Positions 8,601-17,650 of a DNA stretch of 64,000 nucleotides are shown in pieces. The notes beneath the pieces are model-generated. The model had not been told where the DNA came from. It saw only the letters and a program-made list of their open reading frames with translations, and did no database searches. The stretch is taken from assembly GCA_028875225.1 (NCBI GenBank), contig JAPPFB010000018.1, forward strand, positions 101,543 to 165,542, read 5' to 3'. The number at the start of each line of letters is the position of its first letter. Within the stretch, counting starts at the first letter, position 1. The translations under genes were made by a program, and so were the position numbers. The stretch comes from Chloroflexota bacterium. Lineage in GTDB: Bacteria; Chloroflexota; Dehalococcoidia; Bin125.

Positions 8601-8906
8601 TTAGCGGCTGCTGGCGATGCCCTCGGCCTCCAGAAGGGCAAATCTTTCGCCTTCGATGTCGAGGTCGTCGCAGAGGACTTCGCGTGTGTGCTCCGCGAGC
8701 AGACAATTCGGTCCAGGCTGTGGATGCTCGAAATCCTGGATGAAGCCGCGCTTTCGAAGTGCCGTTCAACGGTCAATACAGGCCGATCCATCGTCGCGGA
8801 GATCGTGTTCCATATCCGCCCCAAGCCATGCCAGCGCCTGAATGCACGAAGTCCCCGCCTTGTGATCGATCATTTCCGAGACTCCTACTCCATCAAGAGC
8901 CGGCAT
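8601..8906 (-). pseudogene. Internally deleted remnant of a family III CoA-transferase gene
   Basis: Starts MPALDGVGVSEMIDHKAGTSCIQALAWLGAD, then jumps to fragments homologous to mid (RIWNTISATMDRP vs RMWDTFCAAMGRP) and C-terminal parts. The 3' end and downstream spacer match 12180-12330 nearly base for base. Confidence 0.8.
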
Positions 8907-9216
8907 CGTCAAGACCTCCCGCCGCGTGGCGATACTGCCAACCGTGATTGGGACGAGACATTCGTCCGCGGAAGCTTGGGCCACCTGCGTTATCTCGGTC
9001 GCGAGGGACCTGCCGACCGTCCCGAGAGCAGTAAAAGCTCCGGCAGCATTACGGATGGGATCGCCAACCGGACCGGGTTTCAGATTCCGGCGATTGGTTG
9101 ACGCGTAGGAACGCGACCCGCTTTGAGAGCGGCGGGATCCCGCTGTTTTCGGCAAGGCGCGCGCCCGGCAAATGCTTCCAGGGTTGCCAGAGCGCGTGGC
9201 AGACGGCGCGGGACGA

Positions 9217-10515
9217 CTATTCCTCCAGGTACTCGTCACCCAGTGCGAGTCGGGCATCGAGTCTTCGTCCAACCTCAGCTCGCGCCTCCGGTGTGGCGCT
9301 CCTGATCGCGCTGTTGTCGTAGACAAACGGAATTGCGTTCAGGATCAACGGCTGTTGGATCAGTTCGGAGGGGACGACGTTGCTGTAGGCCATGTGCAGG
9401 GCAGCAGTGATGAGATACCCCTGTGCTTCCGGCGCCGCATTGATGGTGAACATGGAGATCCGTCGGAGTCCAGCAAAGCCGACCTGTTGAATGATTGGGG
9501 CGAAGCCGCGAGCAACCCCTATTGTGCCGGTCCTCACTTCGTGATCCAACACGTCCAGCGTATCGACGATTGCCTGCATGGAAGGGAACAGGGCGTCGCC
9601 ATTGAGAGTGAGCAGTCCGTACAGAGTTGGTAGATTCGGATCCGTCAGTCTCTCGGCGATGATTGTTCGAATGGCTTCGAAGTCGGCGCCATCGGGCAAG
9701 TTGATGCGAATCACGTCACCACCCGCATAGACAGAGGCGAACGCATCGCAGCGAGCATCAAGACCGACGTTGTTCTGCTCGTGGACGACGCATCCTACCG
9801 TTCCGGTCATCTCATGTCGGTTGAACTGCCGGGCGGCCAGTCGTCCGGCCTCCACGTCGTCGAGGGCGATATGCAGTTCCGATCCAGCCTTGATCGCATC
9901 TTCATAGCCTGAGTTGAACGTGATGATTCGCGAGCCCGCTGCCTTGGCGGCCAGCAGCGAAGCGGTGACGTCGTCGGGAGCAGCCAGGGTCGCGGCGATG
10001 ACGGCAGCTCCATCGGCACTACAGCGGTCGATCTCGGCGGCCTGAGCGGCGCCGTTGGTCTGTTGGATGAATCGGACATGTAGTTGGTTGTCCAGGGCGG
10101 CCCGCCGGGAGAATCCTCGCAGCATGCGCCAGAAATAGTCATCATTTTGGCCATGGGCGACGATGCAGAAGAATGGACGCTCTGGCGCCTCCAGGGGCGG
10201 CAGTTCCACGGGAGAACTGTTGAGCCAGCGGCCTGACTGGGCTCCAGCGGGAATGACGCGAAGTGCGGGCAGCAGACGTTCTCCCCACTGCCTGCCGTAG
10301 CCCTGCTGTTGCACGGCCACTGAGACGGCGCCATTTGCGTGTCTCTGCGCGGCGACCCGCACAGTGGCGGAGTCTCCGTCGCTGGGCTCCTGATGGTTGG
10401 CCGTCGCGCCACCGTTGAACGCGAGCGTGGCCATTGCTGTCAATAGTGCGGTGGCAACCAGCCCTGCCAGCAGCACCAGTGTCTTGCGGCTTGGACGGAG
10501 GATCAGGTTCATCAT
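9217..10515 (-). CDS. Membrane-anchored PBP-fold protein (paralogue of 7034..8326) with the same N-terminal module
   Basis: 432 aa. SD GGAGGGG lies upstream of ATG 10515. TM segment, module 10201-10368, and the same PBP1-like blocks (FCIVAHGQNDDYFWR, GSRIITFNSG, AQGYLITAAL). Confidence 0.8.
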   Translation of the reverse strand: MMNLILRPSRKTLVLLAGLVATALLTAMATLAFNGGATANHQEPSDGDSATVRVAAQRHANGAVSVAVQQQGYGRQWGERLLPALRVIPAGAQSGRWLNSSPVELPPLEAPERPFFCIVAHGQNDDYFWRMLRGFSRRAALDNQLHVRFIQQTNGAAQAAEIDRCSADGAAVIAATLAAPDDVTASLLAAKAAGSRIITFNSGYEDAIKAGSELHIALDDVEAGRLAARQFNRHEMTGTVGCVVHEQNNVGLDARCDAFASVYAGGDVIRINLPDGADFEAIRTIIAERLTDPNLPTLYGLLTLNGDALFPSMQAIVDTLDVLDHEVRTGTIGVARGFAPIIQQVGFAGLRRISMFTINAAPEAQGYLITAALHMAYSNVVPSELIQQPLILNAIPFVYDNSAIRSATPEARAEVGRRLDARLALGDEYLEE

Positions 10516-10672
10516 GTGGTTCCCCTCCTGGGGTTCAACAGGGATCTGATTGAGCGCTCATTTCGATGTTCGGCGCAGTGCTCCGGCGGAGCGGAGTCGA
10601 TGGCGCTCCGAACAAGGTTTGATGCGTGCCCACTCTCGTGAAGATTCCTTGACGGTCTGGCTGACATGTGCG

Positions 10673-11971
10673 TTAGTCGACGTACTCGTCCCCCAGGGCC
10701 AATCGAGCATCGAGTCCGGCTTGAATCTCTGCCAGGCGATCCGGGTTGCCCTGAATCGCTTCAAGGCTGTACACGAACGGAGTCGCGTTCAGGATCAGTG
10801 GCCGCAGAATGAACCGTGCGGTCGTGGTGTAGCTGTACGACATATGCAAGGCAGCGGTGACCAGGTAGCCCTGCACCTCGGCGGCGGCGTCAATGTGGAA
10901 CAGAACATGGCGACGGAAGTCGTCCGCCAAGAGTCCCGGGATGCTGAGATTGACCCCGATACTGCCGACCTTGACATCGCGATCCAGTTCCTCTCTGGCG
11001 GCGATGACGGCCTGCAGGGCGCCCTGAAGCGACGCTGAGCCGCTCAGCGTCAATAGTCCCTCGAGGGCCGGCTCCTCCGGATCTGAGAGCCGTGCCCTGA
11101 TCGTTGCTTCAACTTGATCGGCGCTTGCTCCCTCGTCCAGGTAGATGCGAACCACCTCGCCTCCGGATTAGGCATCGTCGAATGCGTCACAGCGCGTCTC
11201 CAGGCTGACATTGCTTCGCTCGTGGATGACGCAGCCCATGGCGCCGGTGGCCTCGTGCTGATTGAACTCTTCGGCTGCCAGTCTCCCCGCCGCGGCGTCG
11301 TCGAGCGTGATATGCAGTTCTGACCCGGATAGGATCGAGTGCTCGTATCCCGAGTTGAATGTGATGATCCTGGCTCCCGCTTCCTTCGCGGCCACGAGCG
11401 CGGGCGTCACTATTTCATGGGCTACGAGGGTCGCGGCAATGACAGCAGCGCCATCGGCGCTGCAGCGCTCAATCTCCGCAACCTGCTCGGCCCCGCTGGT
11501 TGACTGGGTGAAGCGGACATCCAGGTTGTTGTCCAGAGCTGCCTGGCGTGAGTATCCGCGCAACAGTCGCCAGAAATAGTCGTTGCGGTCGCCATGCGCG
11601 ACGATGCAGAAGAGAGGTCGTTCCTCAGGTTCGCTGAGCTCGGTTTCGACCCCTGAACTGGGTAGCCAGCGCTCCGGCTCGGCATCGACAGGAACAACGC
11701 GGTATCTCGGAAGCAGGCGCTCGCCCCATTCCCCGTTCGCCTGCTGCAGTTGCACGACCACCGAGAGGTTGCCGCTCTCGTGGGGCAGGGCAGAGACGCG
11801 AACGGTCGGAGGGTCTCGGTCATCGTGTTCAGAAGACGCCTGGTCGGAGAACGTGAGGGTGATCACCACGGTCAAGACCGCGGTCGCCACAAATGCCAGT
11901 AAGACACCCAGTCGCCGACGTGTCGGCGTGACGAGGCTCCGCTGAGGCAGGTGCATGCCAGTTCCTCGCAA
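10673..11971 (-). pseudogene. PBP-fold paralogue interrupted by a single in-frame TAA
   Basis: Track ORFs 11168..11971 and 10673..11155 are in the same frame. TAA (11168-11170) sits where the paralogues have Tyr (DDA*SGGEV vs ASVYAGGDV / EATYTGGEV). Confidence 0.8.
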
Positions 11972-12246
11972 TCATCTACCCATGAGGGATTCATCAAAAT
12001 CGAATGCTCAATGATGTGGTCGGATTTTACACTTTGCTCATGGATATGTGCATTGCCCTCGCGAAACGGGAATGGTCGGGCTTACATAAATGATCGCTGC
12101 ATGTGGGCAGTTGCTCCGAGCCGGAGCGGCCTTGTTGACCAAGGTGTCCCCATGGACAAGCGGCACGATAGACCGAACCGGGCCAGGCTCCGCGTGAAGT
12201 TGGGACGTTGTCTGCGGCCGTTCGGGCGACTCGCGCCCGTCAGCCG

Positions 12247-13458
12247 TTAGCGGCTGCTGACGATGCCCTCGGCCTCCAGCCGCGCAAATTCTTCGCCCTC
12301 GATGCCGAGGTCGTCGCAGAGGACCTCTCGCGTGTGCTCCGCCAACAGCGGGGCGGCCGTCATCGGCACGTTGCTCTTCGACATCTTGGGCGCCCAGCCA
12401 AGCAGGCGGATCGGACCCCACTCGGGGTGGTCGATGTCCTGGATGAACTCGCGCTCGTCAAAGTGCGGGTTGTGGAAGAGGTCATAGGTGCTGTGCGTGG
12501 CTGAGCAGGGGACGCCGGCCTCGCCCAGGATCTGCATCGCCTCCCACTTGTCGTGCTGGATGGTCCAGGCGCGGATCTCGGCCTTGAGCTCGTCGTTGTT
12601 GTCGATCCGCGCCTGCTCGTCGGCGAATCGCGGGTCGACGACCATGTCGGGCCGACCCATCGCCGCGCAGAAGGTGTCCCACATGCGGGTCGTCAGGGCG
12701 ATGATGTAGAGGTAATCGTCCGCCCCGTTTGAATCGGGCAGCGGCTTGCAGGGGTACAGGTCGGTCGGGCCGTTCCAGCCGTTGCCCCGACGCTCGGCGG
12801 CGACGTCGCCCCAGCTCTGGGTGCCGGCGACCGGCGTGCGGACGTAGTAGGTCATCGCCTCCTGCATCGAAATCTCGATGTGCTGACCCTCGCCGGTGCG
12901 CAGCTTTTGTACGTACGCCGAGGTAATCGCGAAGGCCAATTGCATCCCGGTGCCGCTGTCGCCGACGCAGGCGCCGGGCCGCATCGGCGGACCGCCCTCT
13001 TCACCGGTCACCGAGAACGCGCCGGCCGCGTTCTGGGCGACAGGATCGAAGCTCTTGAAGTTCGCGAATGGCCCGGAGAGACCGAACCCCTTGAGTCGCG
13101 CGTAGATGATGCTCGGGTGGACTTCCTTGAGCGCCTCGTAGGTCAGGCCCAGCTTCTCCATTACGCCGGGGCCGTAGTTCTCGACGAAGACGTCGTAGTG
13201 GGGCAGCATCTCGAAGAGCAGCGCCTTGCCTCGCTCGTCGCGCAGGTTGATTGTGACCGAGCGCTTGTTGGCGTTCCAGTTGATGAAATAGTGCGAATCA
13301 ATCGCGTCGCCGCTGCCCACGCCGCGGCCGGGATCGCCGACGCCGGGCTGCTCGATCTTGACCACGTCGGCGCCGTGCCAGGCCAGCGCCTGGGTGCACG
13401 AGGTGCCCGCCTCATACTGAGTCATGTCGAGGACGCGGAGTCCGTCGAGAGCTGGCAT
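12247..13458 (-). CDS. Family III CoA-transferase
   Basis: MPALDGLRVLDMTQYEAGTSCTQALAWHGADVVKIEQPG. ATG 13458 is preceded by GGAAGGA. The upstream part of track ORF 12247..13578 has no paralogue support. Confidence 0.85.
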   Translation of the reverse strand: MPALDGLRVLDMTQYEAGTSCTQALAWHGADVVKIEQPGVGDPGRGVGSGDAIDSHYFINWNANKRSVTINLRDERGKALLFEMLPHYDVFVENYGPGVMEKLGLTYEALKEVHPSIIYARLKGFGLSGPFANFKSFDPVAQNAAGAFSVTGEEGGPPMRPGACVGDSGTGMQLAFAITSAYVQKLRTGEGQHIEISMQEAMTYYVRTPVAGTQSWGDVAAERRGNGWNGPTDLYPCKPLPDSNGADDYLYIIALTTRMWDTFCAAMGRPDMVVDPRFADEQARIDNNDELKAEIRAWTIQHDKWEAMQILGEAGVPCSATHSTYDLFHNPHFDEREFIQDIDHPEWGPIRLLGWAPKMSKSNVPMTAAPLLAEHTREVLCDDLGIEGEEFARLEAEGIVSSR

Positions 13459-13591
13459 CGTGGTGTCCTTCCGAGGGTGCGGGGTCATGCGAATCCTCAC
13501 CATCATAGGGAAGGCCTGAGAATGTCTGCTCAGGCTCACAGACCCCAATGGATGCTTGACTGTGCGGTGAGCTTGCAAGCGATCCAGTTTG

Positions 13592-13692
13592 CTCCCCCTG
13601 CAAGGGGAGCTCCCGCGAAGCGGGTGAGGGGACCCGGAAGCTGCGAAGGTACCCCTCCGTCGCTTCGCAACACCTCCCCTTGCAGCGGGAGG
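13592..13692. repeat. GC-rich multi-hairpin intergenic repeat (R3)
   Basis: Hairpins ctcccc-ctgcaa-ggggag, ctcccgc-gaa-gcggg and gcgaag...cttcgc, in the same style as the other intergenic hairpin clusters. Confidence 0.6.
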
Positions 13693-13724
13693 AAATCACG
13701 TCCTGCGGAAGGTTCAGATGTAAT

Positions 13725-14948
13725 TCAGTCGCCGCTGAGGTGAGCGGCGACAACGCCATCCGCCTGGAGTCTTGTCAACTCCTCAGCCTCGATCTCAAGG
13801 TCGTCACAGAGCACCTGGGCGGTGTGCTGCCCAAGCAGCGGCGCAGCCGTCATTGCCACGGTTGACCCGGAGAGTCGCGGCGCCCAGCCGAGCTGTCGAA
13901 TCTCGCCCCACTCAGGATGATCAAGATGCTGGATGAAGCCGCGTGATTCGAAGTGCGGATTGTGGAAGAGGTCGTAGGTATCGTGCGTGGCCGAGCAGGG
14001 CACGCCGGCCCCGGCGAGGATCTCCTGGGCCTCCCACTTGGTGTGTTGCCTCGTCCAGTTGCGAATCTCGTCCTTGAGCGCTTCCTGATGTTCAACCCTG
14101 CCCGCGTCTTCGACGAATCGCGGATCGACGGTCAGTTCCGGTCGGTCCATTGCCGAACACAGCGTGTCCCACATCCGGGATGTCGTGAGGATGATGTACA
14201 CGTAGTCATTCGATCCGTCCGAGTCCGGCAGCGGTTTGCATGGATACAGGTCGGAGGCGCTGAAACCGAAGCCGTTACCGTTGCGCGGCACGACGCTGTC
14301 GCCCCAGCCCTCCGTCTGCGAAACGTAGGTGCGCATGTAGTAGGTCATCGCCTCCTGCATCGAGATCTCGATCTCCTGACCCTCGCCGGTGCGCAGCCGC
14401 TGGATGTATGCCGCGGCAATCGCGAACGCCATCTGCATACCCGTGCCCGAGTCGCCGACAGCCGCCTTCGGCATGGTCGGCGGGCCGTCGGCGAAGCCGG
14501 TGGTTGAGAACGCGCCGGCAGCGTTCTGGGCGATTGGATCAAAGCACTTGAACTCCGCGTATGGACCCGACAGTCCGAATCCCTTGATCCGCGCGTAAAT
14601 GATGCTCGGTTGAACCGACTTCAGCACGTCGTAGGTCAACCCCAGCCGCTCCATCACGCCGGGACCATAGTTCTCGACGAACACGTCATAATGCGACGCC
14701 ATTTCGAGCAGGAGTTCTCGTCCGCGCTCTGAACTCAGATCGATCGCCACGGATCGCTTGTTGGAATTCCAGGCAATGAAGTAAGGCGAATCGAGCCCGT
14801 CCTCGCGGACCCCGCGGCCGGGATCGCCCTGGCCCGGCTGCTCGATCTTGACCACGTCCGCGCCCAGCCAGGCCAGCGCCTGGGTGCAGGATGTGCCGGC
14901 TTCGTACTGGGTCATGTCGAGAATTCTCAGTCCGTCGAGGGCTGGCAT
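13725..14948 (-). CDS. Family III CoA-transferase
   Basis: 407 aa beginning MPALDGLRILDMTQYEAGTSCTQALAWLGADVVKIEQPG, with a GDSGTG block. Confidence 0.85.
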   Translation of the reverse strand: MPALDGLRILDMTQYEAGTSCTQALAWLGADVVKIEQPGQGDPGRGVREDGLDSPYFIAWNSNKRSVAIDLSSERGRELLLEMASHYDVFVENYGPGVMERLGLTYDVLKSVQPSIIYARIKGFGLSGPYAEFKCFDPIAQNAAGAFSTTGFADGPPTMPKAAVGDSGTGMQMAFAIAAAYIQRLRTGEGQEIEISMQEAMTYYMRTYVSQTEGWGDSVVPRNGNGFGFSASDLYPCKPLPDSDGSNDYVYIILTTSRMWDTLCSAMDRPELTVDPRFVEDAGRVEHQEALKDEIRNWTRQHTKWEAQEILAGAGVPCSATHDTYDLFHNPHFESRGFIQHLDHPEWGEIRQLGWAPRLSGSTVAMTAAPLLGQHTAQVLCDDLEIEAEELTRLQADGVVAAHLSGD

Positions 14949-15092
14949 GGCGATGTTCCTTCCCCTGGAAGTCGGCTGATGCCGGCACGATAGCCGTTCT
15001 CAATGCCGATTCCCGTACCGACAGTCATGCTCCGGCCAGGCACCTCGTACCATGCCTCTCAAGCCACCAGAGCGAGGGATGGAGTCGAGATC

Positions 15093-15917
15093 ATGACCAC
15101 CGCACCAGCCGTCGGCGTCGCCGCTGACGCACCGCCCGAGCCCGACAGTTACGACTGGCCCGGCATCGTCGCTGGACTGCAGCGCTATCTGCGCCTGACC
15201 GCGACGCCGGTCGGGATGAAGATGTTCGAGACGATCGAGGAGATGCAGGAGGTCGAGCGGATCCGCCGGCCGCAGTTCAAGCACGCGCTCGACCAGCTGG
15301 TCGCCCAGGCGCGCTGGCTCAACTTCACGCTTGGCGTGACGATGGACGACCTGATCGGGGCGCAGTGCGGCGCGCCGGTTGGCCTGCATCCGAACGAAGA
15401 CGACGGCGAGTGGCGTCTGCGCACGACAATGACCAACGTCTGGTTCGAGACCGACGAGGACTCGATCCTGCATCAGCAGGCGATGGACGTGATGCCCTAC
15501 GGCCGCTACGCGGCCCTGGCGCTGTCCCCGCTGGCCACCGGCCGGCTCGACCCGCCCGATGTCGTGTTGCTCTACGGCACGCCCGGACAGATGATCATCC
15601 TGATCAACGGACTGCAGTTCTCGGGCTTCAAGAAGTTCGAGTTCGCCTCAGTCGGCGAGTCCGCCTGCGCCGACAGCTGGGGCCGGGCGCTGCGCACGGG
15701 CGAACCGTCGCTCAGCATCCCCTGCTACGCCGAGCGCCGCTTCGGCGGCGTCCAGGACGACGAACTGCTGATGGCGATCCCGCCCAGATATCTGCCCAAG
15801 CTGATCGACGGCCTGGACAAGCTGTCGCGCAATGGCCTGAGATATCCGATTCCACCGCTCGGCATCCAGGCCGATCCGTCCGAGTCGTTGGCGAGGTCGT
15901 ACCAGGACCGGTTCTAG
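15093..15917 (+). CDS. DUF169-like protein (COG2043-like)
   Basis: Internal ATG 15093 follows GGGATGGAG. General resemblance to DUF169 (PVGMKMF..., ESACADSWG..., SIPCYAERRFGG...), assigned from memory only. Confidence 0.5.
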   Translation: MTTAPAVGVAADAPPEPDSYDWPGIVAGLQRYLRLTATPVGMKMFETIEEMQEVERIRRPQFKHALDQLVAQARWLNFTLGVTMDDLIGAQCGAPVGLHPNEDDGEWRLRTTMTNVWFETDEDSILHQQAMDVMPYGRYAALALSPLATGRLDPPDVVLLYGTPGQMIILINGLQFSGFKKFEFASVGESACADSWGRALRTGEPSLSIPCYAERRFGGVQDDELLMAIPPRYLPKLIDGLDKLSRNGLRYPIPPLGIQADPSESLARSYQDRF

Positions 15918-15955
15918 GAAACTTCCTGAGAGTCCCGCGAAGAGCCAGAGATTCA

Positions 15956-16050
15956 GTTCCCGCTTCACGCGGGAACCCGCTTGGCGCCTGCTCACCAGGT
16001 ACGAGAAGTGTCCAACCGCTCGGAAGCGGGTTCCCGCGTAAAGCGGGAAC
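15956..16050. repeat. Pair of direct hairpin repeats gttcccgcNNNNNgcgggaac (R2)
   Basis: 15956-15976 gttcccgcttcacgcgggaac and 16030-16050 gttcccgcgtaaagcgggaac. Related hairpins are at 5682-5702 and 22284-22305. Confidence 0.75.
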
Positions 16051-16097
16051 TGGACAATCCGAGCTTGAGAATCCCTGCTGACATTGAGGACTTCCGG

Positions 16098-16883
16098 CTA
16101 GTAGTAAATCCCCCGACCAACGCCGCCGCCGGCGGCGATCGTGTCGCCGGTGATCGCGATTGATTTCGGCGAAGCCAGGAACGCCACGATGTTGGCGATG
16201 TCGTCGGAGTCGATGATCGTCCGCACTGAGTTGCCCGCCGCCATTCGGGCCTCCGCTTCCTCCAGCGAGATGCCGTTCGACTCCGCAATCTGAGCGATCC
16301 GGTCCGGCGTCGCCTCGGTCCGGGTCAACCCTGGATGCACGACCGTGACGTTGATTCCGTCGGGACCGAGTTCGTCGGCGAGATTCTTGGTCATCGCCGC
16401 GACCGAGACATTGCGAATCGAACCGACCGTGTTGCCTGAGCCGCGCGCGGCCAGTCCTGAGACATTGACGATCCGTCCCCAACCGTTCTCTTGCATGTAC
16501 GGCGCGGCCGCGCGCGAGCAGCGCAGGTAGCCCAGTACTTTCACCTGCAGATCGGCGAGCGCATGGTCGGCCGTCAGATCGGCCAGCTTCATCGGTCCAT
16601 GCACACTGCCTGGCGACGCGGCGTTGTTGACCAGGATGTCCAGTCCGCCCAGCGCCTCGGCCGCCCCGCTGACCATCGCCTCGACAGAGTCGTCGTCTGC
16701 CGCGTCGTAGGCGAACCATGCCCTGGCGCCGACTTCGTCTGCTGCTGCTGCGAGACGCTCCGGATCGCGGGCCGAGATCGCGACCTCGCAGCCTTCCTCG
16801 ATGAGCACGCGCGCGATTGCCTTGCCGATCCCTCGGCTGCCGCCGGTGACCAACGCTCGTTTGCCCTGGAGTTGCAGGTCCAT
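16098..16883 (-). CDS. Short-chain dehydrogenase/reductase (FabG-like)
   Basis: LQGKRALVTGGSRGIGKAIA cofactor motif and NNAA motif. ATG 16883 abuts the stop of the upstream gene. The track ORF extends to 16925. Confidence 0.85.
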   Translation of the reverse strand: MDLQLQGKRALVTGGSRGIGKAIARVLIEEGCEVAISARDPERLAAAADEVGARAWFAYDAADDDSVEAMVSGAAEALGGLDILVNNAASPGSVHGPMKLADLTADHALADLQVKVLGYLRCSRAAAPYMQENGWGRIVNVSGLAARGSGNTVGSIRNVSVAAMTKNLADELGPDGINVTVVHPGLTRTEATPDRIAQIAESNGISLEEAEARMAAGNSVRTIIDSDDIANIVAFLASPKSIAITGDTIAAGGGVGRGIYY

Positions 16884-16884
16884 C

Positions 16885-17550
16885 TCAGGCTCCGTTCGAT
16901 TCAACTGCGGGAATGGCGCGCTCATGCGGCGCCTTCAGAAACTCGTTCGGGCTGATCGCGTGGCCGTCCAGCGACGCTTCAATCACATGCCCGTACTCGA
17001 CCACCACATGCTGCGGACGCGAGGGATTGCGATGCCCCTCGCTCGGTCCCAGCGCGACAATCTCCGCCTCCAGCCGGTGCGGAGTGATTGTCAACACACC
17101 GATCGCACCCAGCCTCGTCGACAGATGGTGAGGCAGCGATGGGCTGCCCGGATTGACCAACAGCACATCGTCGCGGTACTCCAGCCGCTCGACGTGCGTG
17201 TCTCCGCCGATCAGGACATCCACCCACTCGCCGTCAAGCGAGGCCGCCAGGATCTCGCCGATCGGCCGCGACTCCGGCCGCAGCTCGTGCGCCAGCCCAA
17301 TCCGGAATCCCTCGACATCGAGAAACTGATGCTCCGCCAGGCGCGGATCGTCGAAGATGTCGTTGTTGCCGCGCACCGCGAGCACCGGCGCGAACTGCTC
17401 GCACCAGTCGAGCACCGACGGCACCGTGATGTCGCCGCCATGCAGGATCAGGTCGACGCCGGACAACGCGAGGCCGGTTTCTGGTCCCAATTCGTCCATT
17501 GAGTGCAGCAATTGGGGCAGATGGGTGTCGGAAATCAGGCCGATGCGCAT
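16885..17550 (-). CDS. Metallophosphoesterase (YfcE/MJ0936 family)
   Basis: MRIGLISDTHLP, HGGDI, RGNND and GGDTHV motifs. Confidence 0.8.
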   Translation of the reverse strand: MRIGLISDTHLPQLLHSMDELGPETGLALSGVDLILHGGDITVPSVLDWCEQFAPVLAVRGNNDIFDDPRLAEHQFLDVEGFRIGLAHELRPESRPIGEILAASLDGEWVDVLIGGDTHVERLEYRDDVLLVNPGSPSLPHHLSTRLGAIGVLTITPHRLEAEIVALGPSEGHRNPSRPQHVVVEYGHVIEASLDGHAISPNEFLKAPHERAIPAVESNGA

Positions 17551-17650
17551 GCTCGCAGGCTACGCCTGAGCCGAGATCGGCGCTAGCCTGATCGAGCTTG
17601 CGTCCAGACGACTTCTCGCTTGCGTCTGGCTGACGCGGAAAGGCTGTGAG

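Noticed and set aside
8310-9101. 263-aa plus-strand ORF across the PBP upstream region and CoA-transferase remnant
   Set aside because: It runs through duplicated intergenic DNA and antisense to the recognisable remnant. No motif is recognised and it is not conserved at the paralogous locus (11951-12250 is broken into short ORFs).
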